This document shows positions 1-8,646 of a stretch of 64,000 bases of DNA, piece by piece. The notes beneath the pieces are model-generated. The model did not search any database. It was not told where the DNA came from and worked only from the letters and a program-made list of their open reading frames with translations. The stretch comes from an uncultured Clostridia bacterium (lineage in GTDB: Bacteria > Bacillota > Clostridia > Oscillospirales > CAG-272): contig CAMKAU010000001.1 in assembly GCA_946410595.1 (NCBI GenBank), positions 10,267-74,266 on the forward strand, written 5' to 3'. Each line of letters begins with the position of its first letter. Position 1 is the first letter of the stretch. Made by a program: the position numbers and the translations under genes.

Positions 1-1017
1 ATCCCGGAAATCCAGCCGGCGATCCTCGGTTTTGCCACGGTGGGCGGCCGCAGAGAAAAGGAAGGACCTCTCGGAGAGGCGTTCGATCTTATCGACGCGA
101 GCGACCGCTTCTGCAAAAAGACGTGGGAAACGGCGGAAGCGGAGATGCAGCGGCTCTCGCTCTGCAAGGCGCTGGAAAAGACGGGAAAAAAGGCGACCGA
201 TCTCGACGCCGTGTTTGCCGGGGATCTCATCAACCAGTGCGCCGCCTCGATCTTCGGGCTTGTCAGCTTTCCCGCCCCTTTTTTCGGCATTTTCGGCGCC
301 TGCTCAACGCTCACGGAAGGCCTTGCGCTCGCCTCCCTCGCGCTGCAGAGCCCCGGCTTTTCCCTTGCCGCCGTCGTAACCTCCTCCCACAACTGCGCGG
401 CGGAGCGGCAGTTCCGCTCGCCGGTTGAATACGGCGGGCAGCGATCCCCCACCTCCCAATGGACGGTAACGGGGGCGGGCGCCTATCTCCTGTCCGCACG
501 GCCGGAGAAGGGCGCGTTTGCCCGGATCACGGCTCTCCTGCCCGGGATCGCGCTGGACAGCGGGATCACCGACGCCTCGAATATGGGAGCGGCGATGGCG
601 CCCGCGGCTGCCGACACCTTCCTTGCGTACTTTGCAGAAAGCGGGGAGCGGCCGGAGGATTATAACCGGATCGTAACGGGAGATCTCGGGGAGGAGGGCA
701 GTTCCCTATTTTTGGAGTTTCTCGAAAAAAACGGCGTGAAAAACGTCCGAAATCACGAGGACTGCGGCGCTCTGATCTACGACAGGACGCGCGCGGACGT
801 TCACAGCGGCGGCTCCGGCTGCGGCTGCGCCGGCACGACGCTCGGCAACCGCTACCTGCCGCTGCTCCAAAGCGGTAAGATGCGGCGGATCCTCTTTGCC
901 GCGACCGGGGCTCTGATGAACGCGGCCAGCGTTCAGCAAGGACTCTCGATCCCGGGGATCGCCCATCTCGTGCGGCTGGAAAGCCCCGCCGCCGGAAAGG
1001 AGGAGGTATGGAGCTGA
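1..1017 (+). CDS. spoVAD: Stage V sporulation protein AD (SpoVAD), 5' end cut by window edge
   Basis: Frame 1 is open from base 1 (IPEIQPAILGFATVGGRREKEGPLG...). Thiolase-like SpoVAD sequence throughout. The 3' end overlaps the next spoVA gene. Confidence 0.9.
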   Translation: MPEIQPAILGFATVGGRREKEGPLGEAFDLIDASDRFCKKTWETAEAEMQRLSLCKALEKTGKKATDLDAVFAGDLINQCAASIFGLVSFPAPFFGIFGACSTLTEGLALASLALQSPGFSLAAVVTSSHNCAAERQFRSPVEYGGQRSPTSQWTVTGAGAYLLSARPEKGAFARITALLPGIALDSGITDASNMGAAMAPAAADTFLAYFAESGERPEDYNRIVTGDLGEEGSSLFLEFLEKNGVKNVRNHEDCGALIYDRTRADVHSGGSGCGCAGTTLGNRYLPLLQSGKMRRILFAATGALMNAASVQQGLSIPGIAHLVRLESPAAGKEEVWS

Positions 1018-1373
1018 CGCTTTCCCTATGCAAGGCGTTTCTCGTCGGAGGTCTTCTTTGCGTGATCGCGCAAATCCTCATCGACGAAACGGCGATGACC
1101 CCAGCGCGGATCCTCACCCTCTACGTGACGGCGGGGGTCGTCCTCGGCGCCGCCGGCGTGTACGAAAAACTGGTCGACTTTGCCGGGCGGGGCGCGACCG
1201 TCCCGCTGACCGGCTTTGGCTTCGCGATCGCAGAAGGGGTAAAAGAAGCGGTAACGGAACAGGGCTTTTTGGGGATCTTTACCGGGCCGCTGACCGCCGC
1301 GGCGGGCGGGACCTGCGCCGCGATGCTCTTTTCCCTGGCGGCGGCCCTCTGTTTTTCCTCCAAACCGAAATAA
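1008..1373 (+). CDS. spoVAE: Stage V sporulation protein AE (SpoVAEB-type small membrane protein)
   Basis: 121-aa polytopic protein (FLVGGLLCVIAQILID...GATVPLTGFG) typical of SpoVAEB. 10-nt overlap with spoVAD. Confidence 0.9.
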   Translation: MELTLSLCKAFLVGGLLCVIAQILIDETAMTPARILTLYVTAGVVLGAAGVYEKLVDFAGRGATVPLTGFGFAIAEGVKEAVTEQGFLGIFTGPLTAAAGGTCAAMLFSLAAALCFSSKPK

Positions 1374-1385
1374 GAAAGCGGCGCG

Positions 1386-1430
1386 AAAAAAACGCCTCCC
1401 GTTCCGGGATCCCGGAACGGGAGGCGTTTT
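1386..1430. terminator. Bidirectional intrinsic terminator between spoVAE and the convergent DUF4956 gene
   Basis: 18-bp perfect stem aacgcctcccgttccggg / cccggaacgggaggcgtt, with an A-run on the left and a T-run on the right. Confidence 0.75.
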
Positions 1431-1440
1431 GTAAGTGTAA

Positions 1441-2112
1441 TCAGAGCTGATTTTGCTTTTCGGCGTAGAGCGTGATCGCGATCTCAAGATTCCCGTTTCT
1501 CGCGCGGAGCTCGTCGATGAACGCCTTTTCCGCTTTCGGATCCTTCATCCGGATCCGGAAGGAAAGGCGGAACATCGAGCCCATCGCCGTCGTTTTGACG
1601 CCGACGTTCTCCACGGAGGAGAGATAGCGGGCAAAGATATCGTTAAACGCGTTGTGATAAGCGAGCGACTCCGGGATGGTGATGCGAAGGAGCTGATCCT
1701 TTCCCGCGCCCTCGTGCTCGAAGATCGGGAGCATGGAGAACAGGTAGAACAGCCCGGCCAGACCGAGCAGGATCAGAACGCCGTAAGCGACAAAACCCAT
1801 CCCGAACGCGATTCCGGAGCCCATCGCGATCAGGATACCGGCGATCTCGTCCGCGCTGCCCTGCGCGGAACGGAAGCGGATCAGACTGAACGCGCCGCCG
1901 ATGGCGACGCCGGCGCCGATATTGCCGTTGACAAAGGTGATCACCGCCCCGACGACGAAAGGAACGAGGGCCAGCACGAGGAAAAAGCGCTTGGTGGAAC
2001 GGATCCGGAAGGACATGATCCAGGCGTAGAGAAGCCCGGACAACAGCGCGAACGCCGCCATCGAAAAGAACTCGGTCGCGGTAACGATGGAAGAGTAGAT
2101 GGAATTAAACAT
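1441..2112 (-). CDS. DUF4956-like membrane protein (partner of the VTC-domain protein)
   Basis: 223 aa with N-terminal TM helices and a C-terminal soluble domain. Resembles the DUF4956 family (from memory). 8-nt overlap with the upstream VTC gene. Confidence 0.8.
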   Translation of the reverse strand: MFNSIYSSIVTATEFFSMAAFALLSGLLYAWIMSFRIRSTKRFFLVLALVPFVVGAVITFVNGNIGAGVAIGGAFSLIRFRSAQGSADEIAGILIAMGSGIAFGMGFVAYGVLILLGLAGLFYLFSMLPIFEHEGAGKDQLLRITIPESLAYHNAFNDIFARYLSSVENVGVKTTAMGSMFRLSFRIRMKDPKAEKAFIDELRARNGNLEIAITLYAEKQNQL

Positions 2113-2833
2113 GCAACATACCTCCGCTCATGATTTTCGTCATTTGTGTTTGATACGCTGTTCCGTATTTGGAAAACGGGGTCTTATAAATATGACCTTC
2201 GTCGAGGATCGCGGAAAGCCACAGCGGCATCGCGTCCTGTATCTTGATCTCAAGGACGGAATAGCCCTCCGGCAGGAGAAGGTTCCCTTCGAGAGATGCC
2301 CGGAGATCCAGTTCCTCGGCGCGGTAACGGGGGGCGTTATCGACGGTGAGGCGCAGATCGCTGCCGGGCCGGAAGAAAGCCGTGCGCTCGCAGATCGTCA
2401 GGTAAGAGGGCGCCAGATCGCCGTAAAGATCCCGAAACCGGACCAGCTCCCGGCCGATCTGTCCGCCGCCCGGGAGATCGTTTTCCCGGCGGAAAAAGCC
2501 CTCGGCGACCGGGATCACCGTCCGCACGCGCCTTTTATACCCGACCCCGCGGTATTTCCGCTTCATTTCAAGGAAGACGGGCGATTCGTCTGTTGCGAGC
2601 CCGTAGGAACGAAGACGGATCTTTTCCTTAAAACGGGGCTTTTCAAGCGAAAGGTTGATCAACCGGCAATCCGGGGTATCGTAGTAAAGAGAGGCGACCG
2701 AGGTAAGACCGTAAGAGTCGGGCTGCATATAGTCCGCGATCCGCCGGATGAAATAGCGCTCCTGATCTGGGTCGATCAGATACTTCAGTTCGTGACGAAG
2801 CATTACGGAAACAGACTGTTCCATCGCCGCCAT
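2105..2833 (-). CDS. VTC-domain (polyphosphate polymerase-like, CYTH/triphosphate-tunnel) protein
   Basis: N-terminal RHELKYLI motif, alternating charged beta-strands and ~240 aa length are typical of bacterial VTC catalytic-domain proteins. GGGAGG lies 8 nt upstream of the ATG. Confidence 0.85.
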   Translation of the reverse strand: MAAMEQSVSVMLRHELKYLIDPDQERYFIRRIADYMQPDSYGLTSVASLYYDTPDCRLINLSLEKPRFKEKIRLRSYGLATDESPVFLEMKRKYRGVGYKRRVRTVIPVAEGFFRRENDLPGGGQIGRELVRFRDLYGDLAPSYLTICERTAFFRPGSDLRLTVDNAPRYRAEELDLRASLEGNLLLPEGYSVLEIKIQDAMPLWLSAILDEGHIYKTPFSKYGTAYQTQMTKIMSGGMLHV

Positions 2834-2940
2834 CCGCCGCGCCTCCCTTCTTTTCCGGTCCGCGGGTCGGGACGCTTCTCCCTCCCCGTTTCTGCGGTCA
2901 TTTTAGCGATTTGTTCTTAAAAAAAACTGAAAAAGAGTTT

Positions 2941-3636
2941 TCATCCCTGCAAAAACCGGATCGCGCGTTCCACCGCGTCCTTCGCGTTGTTCCACGGCTC
3001 GTCCTGATAGCGGTAGTCAAACTTTTTCACAAACCAGCGCACGTCCTCGCGCAGAGAATCGAAATACGGCCGCTCCACCTTTTCCGTCTCCTCGTAAAAA
3101 TCGGCAAACTCCTTCTTTGAAAGGGAGCGGGAGGCGCGCCCGAGCATCGCGGCGTAATGCGGCAGGCAGAATGAGGGCTGCGCCGCGAACTTCTCCCGGA
3201 AGGAATGATCCTCGCCGAAGAGATAGATCGCCGTGTCGAGCATCTTTTCAAAATGGAAGCGGATCTTCTCGCAGAGGTAGCAGGAGGAGGTCAGCGCGAG
3301 GATGCGCTCCTCCTCGGCCTGGGCGTTTGCGGCGGCGGAACGGAGCGGCGCTTTTTTAAAGAGCTTTTCCTGCTCGTCGAGATGGCTCTCGAGGAGGAGC
3401 GCGAGCGGGAGCTTTTTGCTCCGCTCCAGCATCTTTGAGAAATGATCGCGGCAAAAGCCGAGCTCGTTCGTGCGGATCCGAATATCCGGCTCCATCATCG
3501 AAGCGCCGAGGATACTCTCCAGCTCGTTTTCCTCCAGCATACGCTCCAGTGCGCAGAAGGGACACCCTTTCGCGTGATCGTCGCGGGACGCTTCAAACGC
3601 TTCGTTGACCGGTATGGTATAGATCTTTTCCGCCAT
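2941..3636 (-). CDS. Cys-rich hypothetical protein (DUF6062-like), two CxxC...CxxH half-sites
   Basis: The ORF-track ORF extends to 3711, but the ATG at 3636 (MAEKIYTIPV) is the likely start. Motifs present: CPFC, FCRDH, CYLC, FCLPH. Confidence 0.7.
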   Translation of the reverse strand: MAEKIYTIPVNEAFEASRDDHAKGCPFCALERMLEENELESILGASMMEPDIRIRTNELGFCRDHFSKMLERSKKLPLALLLESHLDEQEKLFKKAPLRSAAANAQAEEERILALTSSCYLCEKIRFHFEKMLDTAIYLFGEDHSFREKFAAQPSFCLPHYAAMLGRASRSLSKKEFADFYEETEKVERPYFDSLREDVRWFVKKFDYRYQDEPWNNAKDAVERAIRFLQG

Positions 3637-3782
3637 GGCAGAAGTCCTTTCTTTTTCGTCTTTCGGGCGCCGATAAACGGCAAAAAAACGGATAAGATAA
3701 GTGTAGCACAAAAAAACGAAAAAGTAAACAGCGGAAAAACCGAAAAAAGCCGGTTAAAAACAAAAAATATTCCCGAAAACCC

Positions 3783-3811
3783 TTGCAAACGAAGATGCGG
3801 CGTGCTATAAT
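3783..3811 (+). promoter_or_regulatory. Sigma-A type promoter of the rimP-nusA-infB operon
   Basis: TTGCAA (3783-3788), 17-nt spacer, TATAAT (3806-3811). Confidence 0.7.
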
Positions 3812-3838
3812 AAGACGGAAGTTGAATGAAGAAGATGA

Positions 3839-3865
3839 AGAGTGGGTCTGCCCACTCTCGTTTTT
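3839..3865 (+). terminator. Leader stem-loop plus T5 between promoter and rimP start (candidate attenuator)
   Basis: 8-bp stem agagtggg/cccactct, loop tctg, then cg and ttttt. It ends 13 nt before the rimP ATG. Confidence 0.55.
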
Positions 3866-3878
3866 ATGTAGGTGATCT

Positions 3879-4367
3879 ATGACGGAAACCAAAAATCCGA
3901 AAAGCGGAATCGCCGCGCGGGCGGAAGCGCTCGTCCTCCCCACGGCAAACGAACAGGGCCTGACGATCTGGGACGTGACCTTCGGCCGTCGGGGGACGGA
4001 CCGGTATCTCACCTTCACCGTCGACAAGGAAGAGGGGGTGACGATCGAGGACTGCGAGAAGTTCCACCGGGCGATCGATCCCCTGCTCGACGAAGCGGAC
4101 TGGATCGAAGGCAGCTATATGCTGGAGGTCTCCTCCCCCGGCATCGAGCGGGAGCTGACGCGGCCGGAGCATTTTGAATACGCCCTCGGCAGAGAGGTCT
4201 CCGCCAAGCTCTACGCCCCGCAGGACGGGCAAAAAACGATCACGGGCGTCCTCTCCGCGTACGAAAAGGACACGCTGACGCTGACGGATAACGGAAAGGA
4301 AACGGTCCTTCCCCGCCCGAACGTCGCCAAACTGACGACGGTTTATGATTTTGAAAACGAAACCTGA
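3879..4367 (+). CDS. rimP: Ribosome maturation factor RimP
   Basis: 162 aa with LEVSSPGIEREL motif. Conserved position upstream of nusA. Confidence 0.95.
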   Translation: MTETKNPKSGIAARAEALVLPTANEQGLTIWDVTFGRRGTDRYLTFTVDKEEGVTIEDCEKFHRAIDPLLDEADWIEGSYMLEVSSPGIERELTRPEHFEYALGREVSAKLYAPQDGQKTITGVLSAYEKDTLTLTDNGKETVLPRPNVAKLTTVYDFENET

Positions 4368-4431
4368 ACGGTCACCCGACAAATCAAACAAGAAAGAAAG
4401 GATACGCATTGCGTAACGGTATAACGGAAAA

Positions 4432-5457
4432 ATGAACAACGATTTCTTCTTAGCGCTCGACAGTCTGGAAAAAGAAAAAGGCATCCCGAAGGAGTATATG
4501 ATCGAAAAGATCGAAGCCGCGCTCCTCGCCTCCTACAAGAGAGAGGAAAAGGACAACAGCAACGTCCGCGTCGACATCGACGAAACGAAGAAGGACATCC
4601 GCGTCTACCAGCAGAAGACGGTCGTGGAGGAAGTGGAAAACGAAACGACCGAGATCACGCTGGAGAACGCCAAAAAGATCAACCGAAGAGCCAAGCTCGG
4701 CGGCGTGGTGGAGATCGAGCTCAAACCCAAGAACTTCCGCCGCCTCTCCGTTCAGACCGCCAAGCAGGTCATCATCCAGGGCATCCGCGAGGCGGAACGC
4801 TCCAATCTGATCAAAGAATACGAAAGCAAGCGCGAGGAGATCATCACGGCGAAGGTCATCAAGATCGACCCCGTGAACGGCAGCGTGATCCTCGACACCG
4901 GCACGAGCAGCGCCGTTCTGATCCGCGAGGAGCAGATCCCCGGCGAGCTCTTCGCCGTAGGCGACCGCGTGAAGGTCTTTGTGACCGAGGTGCGCCGCGA
5001 GATGAAGGGGCCGCTCGTGACCCTTTCCCGCATCCATCCGGGTCTTGTCAAGCGGATCTTCGAGCTGGAGATCCCCGAGATCCAGGACGGCACCGTAGAG
5101 ATCCGGGCGATCGCCAGAGAGGCCGGCTCCCGCACCAAGATCGCCGTTTTCTCGACGAGAGAGGACGTGGATCCCGTCGGCGCCTGCATCGGCAACCGGG
5201 GCATCCGCATCGGCGCGATCAACGAGGAGCTGCGCGGCGAACGGATCGACGTGATCCGTTACAGCGACGATCCCGCCGAGTTCGTTACCCAGGCGCTCTC
5301 GCCCGCCAAGGTCGACCGGATCGAGCTGGACGGCGAGCGCTCCTGCAAGGTCTACGTGGCGCCGGATCAGCTCTCCCTTGCGATCGGCAAGGAAGGACAG
5401 AACGCCCGTCTGGCCGCGCGCCTGACCGGCTTTAAGATCGATATCAAATCCAACTGA
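4432..5457 (+). CDS. nusA: Transcription termination/antitermination factor NusA
   Basis: 341 aa with N-terminal domain, S1 and two KH domains (ACIGNRGIRI, LAIGKEGQNARLA). Confidence 0.97.
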   Translation: MNNDFFLALDSLEKEKGIPKEYMIEKIEAALLASYKREEKDNSNVRVDIDETKKDIRVYQQKTVVEEVENETTEITLENAKKINRRAKLGGVVEIELKPKNFRRLSVQTAKQVIIQGIREAERSNLIKEYESKREEIITAKVIKIDPVNGSVILDTGTSSAVLIREEQIPGELFAVGDRVKVFVTEVRREMKGPLVTLSRIHPGLVKRIFELEIPEIQDGTVEIRAIAREAGSRTKIAVFSTREDVDPVGACIGNRGIRIGAINEELRGERIDVIRYSDDPAEFVTQALSPAKVDRIELDGERSCKVYVAPDQLSLAIGKEGQNARLAARLTGFKIDIKSN

Positions 5458-5471
5458 CGGAGGAGGGCGGA

Positions 5472-5762
5472 ATGCCTCTATCCATCCCAAAGCAAAAAAA
5501 AGTCCCGGAACGCCGCTGCGTCGGCTGCGGGGAAAAAGCGGGCAAAAAGGATCTCGTCCGCGTGGTCCGTTCGCCCGAAGGGGAGATCTCCCTCGATCTG
5601 ACCGGAAAAAAGGCGGGTCGGGGCGCTTACCTCTGCAAAAAGCTCTCCTGCTTTTCCAAAGCGAGGAAGGCGAAGCGCTTTGAGTCCAACCTGAAAACGG
5701 CGATCCCCCCGGAGGTCTACGACGCCATGGAAAGGCAGCTTGCCGATGAAGAAAGCAAGTGA
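5472..5762 (+). CDS. ylxR: YlxR/RnpM family (DUF448) RNA-binding protein
   Basis: RRCVGCGEKAGKKDLVRVV motif. Conserved position after nusA. Confidence 0.9.
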   Translation: MPLSIPKQKKVPERRCVGCGEKAGKKDLVRVVRSPEGEISLDLTGKKAGRGAYLCKKLSCFSKARKAKRFESNLKTAIPPEVYDAMERQLADEESK

Positions 5763-6102
5763 AACGGATCGGATCCTCTCCCTGCTCGGTCTCGCCAAGC
5801 GGGCGGGCAGGGTCACGGCGGGCGTTCCGCTCGTCTGTGAAAAGCTGCGGTCCTCTTCCCCTCCCGCGCTTGTCGTGATCGCGGAAGGCGCCGCTGAAAA
5901 CGCCAGAAAGCGGCTCGCCGACCGATGCGCCTTTTACAAGGTCAACGTTCTCACGGTCGACGCAGACCCCGCCGAGCTCGCGCACGCCCTCGGCCGGTCC
6001 GACCGGATCGCCGGCGCCGCCGTCTCTGACGAGGGGTTTGCGCGTTTGATCGCGCCGGACCTGTTCCCCGACAAAAACAACCCACATGAAAAAGGAGCGT
6101 AA
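5746..6102 (+). CDS. ylxQ: L7Ae/YlxQ family ribosomal-protein-like RNA-binding protein
   Basis: [11 protein letters not shown] motif. The ORF opens at TTG 5740 with the first ATG at 5746. Overlaps the ylxR 3' end. Confidence 0.85.
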   Translation: MKKASETDRILSLLGLAKRAGRVTAGVPLVCEKLRSSSPPALVVIAEGAAENARKRLADRCAFYKVNVLTVDADPAELAHALGRSDRIAGAAVSDEGFARLIAPDLFPDKNNPHEKGA

Positions 6103-6103
6103 C

Positions 6104-8635
6104 ATGGCACAGCCTAATTCTCAATACAGAATCAATCAAATCGCCAAAGATCTTTCCTTCAAAACAAAGGACGTCATCGACGTGTTCGAGGGCGCCGGTC
6201 TGGGCGGAAAAACGCATATGACCACGCTGACGCCGGAAGAATTCGGGCTGCTTGTCTGGAGTCTCACGGAGAAACGCCAGATCCCCAATATCGACGACTA
6301 CCTCGACGGGAAGATCAAGATCACCACCGAGGCGGAAAAAGCCGCCGAAGCCGAGCGGAAGATCGCGGAGGAAAAAGCCCGCAAGGAAGCGGAAAAGGCC
6401 GCGGAGCTTGCCGCGCAGAAGGCAAAAGAAGAGGAGGAGCGGAAAGCCGCCCGCCTTGCCGAAAAGGAAAAGAACCGCCCGGAGAATCTCTCCGCCGCGA
6501 AACGCTTTGAGCAGCGGCGCACCCAGAGCCAGAACGCGCCGCAGCAGCCAAAACAGCAAAAGCCGCAGCGTCCGCAGCGGCCCGCGTCCGCCGCGCAGAA
6601 CCAGCCGGTCCGTCCGGTCAACCCCTCCCTGCCGCGCGAGCAGACGGAAGTCAAACAAAAGACGCGCGTGGTCGATACCAGAGGCGGCACGCCGCACGTC
6701 GATCTCTCCCGCTATGACGAGCGCTTCGGCAGTTTTGTCAGCGAGAGCGCGCAAAAGCATCTCTCGCCCGAGCGCCAGAAGCTGAAAAAGCAGGATAACC
6801 GCAGCGCCTACTCCCGCAGCCGTGAAAAAGAGCGGATGGCGATGGAGCGGATGCGCAAGGAACAGGCGGAAAAGATGCGCCGCAAGCAGACCCTTTCCGT
6901 TACGATCGGCGATACGATCATGGTAAGCGAGCTTGCCTCCCGCCTGAAACAAACGGCCGCCAACGTCATCAAAAAGCTGATGACGATGGGCTTTATGTGC
7001 ACGATCAACGAAGAGATCGACTTTGAAACGGCGGCGCTCGTCTCCGAGGAGTTCGGCGCCAAGGTGAAAAAGGAAGTCGTCGTTACGATCGAGGACCGCC
7101 TCTTCTCCGAAACGGAGGACGCGCCGGACAGTCTGGTGGAACGCGCCCCCGTCGTCTGCGTGATGGGGCACGTCGACCACGGCAAGACCTCCCTGCTTGA
7201 CGCGATCCGCAACACGCACGTGACCGCGGGCGAAGCGGGCGGCATCACCCAGGCGATCGGCGCCTACCGCGTGGATATCAACGGCCGTCCGATCACCTTC
7301 CTCGACACCCCGGGGCACGAAGCGTTTACCGCGATGCGCGCGAGAGGCGCAAAGGCGACCGACATCGCCATCCTCGTCGTTGCCGCGGACGACGGCGTGA
7401 TGCCCCAGACGGTGGAAGCGATCAACCACGCGAAAGCCGCCGGCGTTGAGATCATCGTGGCGATCAACAAGATGGATAAGCACGGCGCCAACCCCGACGC
7501 CGTCAAACAGGAACTGACCAAATATAACCTTCTGCCCGAGGAATGGGGCGGCGACGTGATCTGCGTTCCCGTTTCCGCTCTGACGCACGAAGGGATCGAC
7601 CGGCTGCTGGAGAGCGTGCTGCTCGTGGCGGACGTGAAGGAATACAAAGCGAACCCCGACAAACGCGCGAAAGGTATCGTGATCGAGGCGAAGCTCGACA
7701 AGGGCAGAGGCCCCGTCGCCACCGTCCTCGTCCAGAACGGTACCCTGCATAACGGCGATATCGTAATCGCGGGGACCTCCGTCGGCCGCGTACGCGCTAT
7801 GAGCGACCACACCGGAACGCTCATCCGGGAAGCGGGCCCCTCCGTTCCCGTTGAGATCATCGGTCTCTCCGAGGTGCCGTCCGCCGGCGACGAGTTCAAC
7901 GCCGTCGAGGACGAAAAGATGGCGCGCGAGCTTGCCGAAAAACGCCGCAATTCCGCGAAGGAGGAATCCTTCAAGGCGAACGCCCGCGTTTCCCTCGATC
8001 AGCTCTTCAACCGCATCGCCGAGGGCGTCAAGACCCTCAATATCATCGTCAAAGCCGACGTGGGCGGCTCCGCCGAGGCGGTCAAGGCCTCGCTTGAAAA
8101 GCTCTCCAACGAAGAAGTCAAGGTCAGCGTGATCCACAGCGCCGTCGGCGGGATCACCGAGGGCGACGTCAACTTCGCCGCCGCCTCCGGCGCGATCATC
8201 ATCGGCTTTAACGTCCGCCCGGACAAAACCGCGCTCGACGCGGCGGAACGCGCGACCGTGGAGATCCGCACCTACCGCATCATCTACGAGTGCATCGAGG
8301 ACGTGGAACGCGCGATGAAGGGTATGCTTGCCCCGAAATACCAGGAGGTTCTGCTCGGTCACGCGGAGGTCCGCAAGACCATCCACGTTTCCAGCGTCGG
8401 TACGATCGCCGGTTCCTACGTACAGGACGGCAAGATCACCCGCAGCTCCATGATCCGCGTGGTGCGCGACGGCGTGGTGATCTTTGAAGACAAGATCGCC
8501 TCCCTCAAGCGTTTCAAGGACGACGCGCGCGAGGTCCAGCAGGGCTACGAATGCGGCATCGGCCTTGAAAAGTTCAACGATATCAAGGAAGGCGACGTTC
8601 TCGAAGCTTACGTGATGGAAGAGATCGAGCGCTGA
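6104..8635 (+). CDS. infB: Translation initiation factor IF-2
   Basis: AAGGAG lies 6 nt before ATG 6104. GTPase motifs GHVDHGKTS and DTPGHEAF, with a Lys/Glu/Ala-rich N-terminal region. Confidence 0.98.
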   Translation: MAQPNSQYRINQIAKDLSFKTKDVIDVFEGAGLGGKTHMTTLTPEEFGLLVWSLTEKRQIPNIDDYLDGKIKITTEAEKAAEAERKIAEEKARKEAEKAAELAAQKAKEEEERKAARLAEKEKNRPENLSAAKRFEQRRTQSQNAPQQPKQQKPQRPQRPASAAQNQPVRPVNPSLPREQTEVKQKTRVVDTRGGTPHVDLSRYDERFGSFVSESAQKHLSPERQKLKKQDNRSAYSRSREKERMAMERMRKEQAEKMRRKQTLSVTIGDTIMVSELASRLKQTAANVIKKLMTMGFMCTINEEIDFETAALVSEEFGAKVKKEVVVTIEDRLFSETEDAPDSLVERAPVVCVMGHVDHGKTSLLDAIRNTHVTAGEAGGITQAIGAYRVDINGRPITFLDTPGHEAFTAMRARGAKATDIAILVVAADDGVMPQTVEAINHAKAAGVEIIVAINKMDKHGANPDAVKQELTKYNLLPEEWGGDVICVPVSALTHEGIDRLLESVLLVADVKEYKANPDKRAKGIVIEAKLDKGRGPVATVLVQNGTLHNGDIVIAGTSVGRVRAMSDHTGTLIREAGPSVPVEIIGLSEVPSAGDEFNAVEDEKMARELAEKRRNSAKEESFKANARVSLDQLFNRIAEGVKTLNIIVKADVGGSAEAVKASLEKLSNEEVKVSVIHSAVGGITEGDVNFAAASGAIIIGFNVRPDKTALDAAERATVEIRTYRIIYECIEDVERAMKGMLAPKYQEVLLGHAEVRKTIHVSSVGTIAGSYVQDGKITRSSMIRVVRDGVVIFEDKIASLKRFKDDAREVQQGYECGIGLEKFNDIKEGDVLEAYVMEEIER

Positions 8636-8646
8636 TCGGAGGAATC

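Noticed and set aside
4450-8386. Very long minus-strand ORFs (4450-6105, 551 aa; 5951-8386, 811 aa) antisense to nusA/infB.
   Set aside because: They lie exactly opposite strongly conserved genes. They are Arg/Gly/Asp/His-rich with no motifs, as expected for stop-poor antisense frames in GC-rich DNA.
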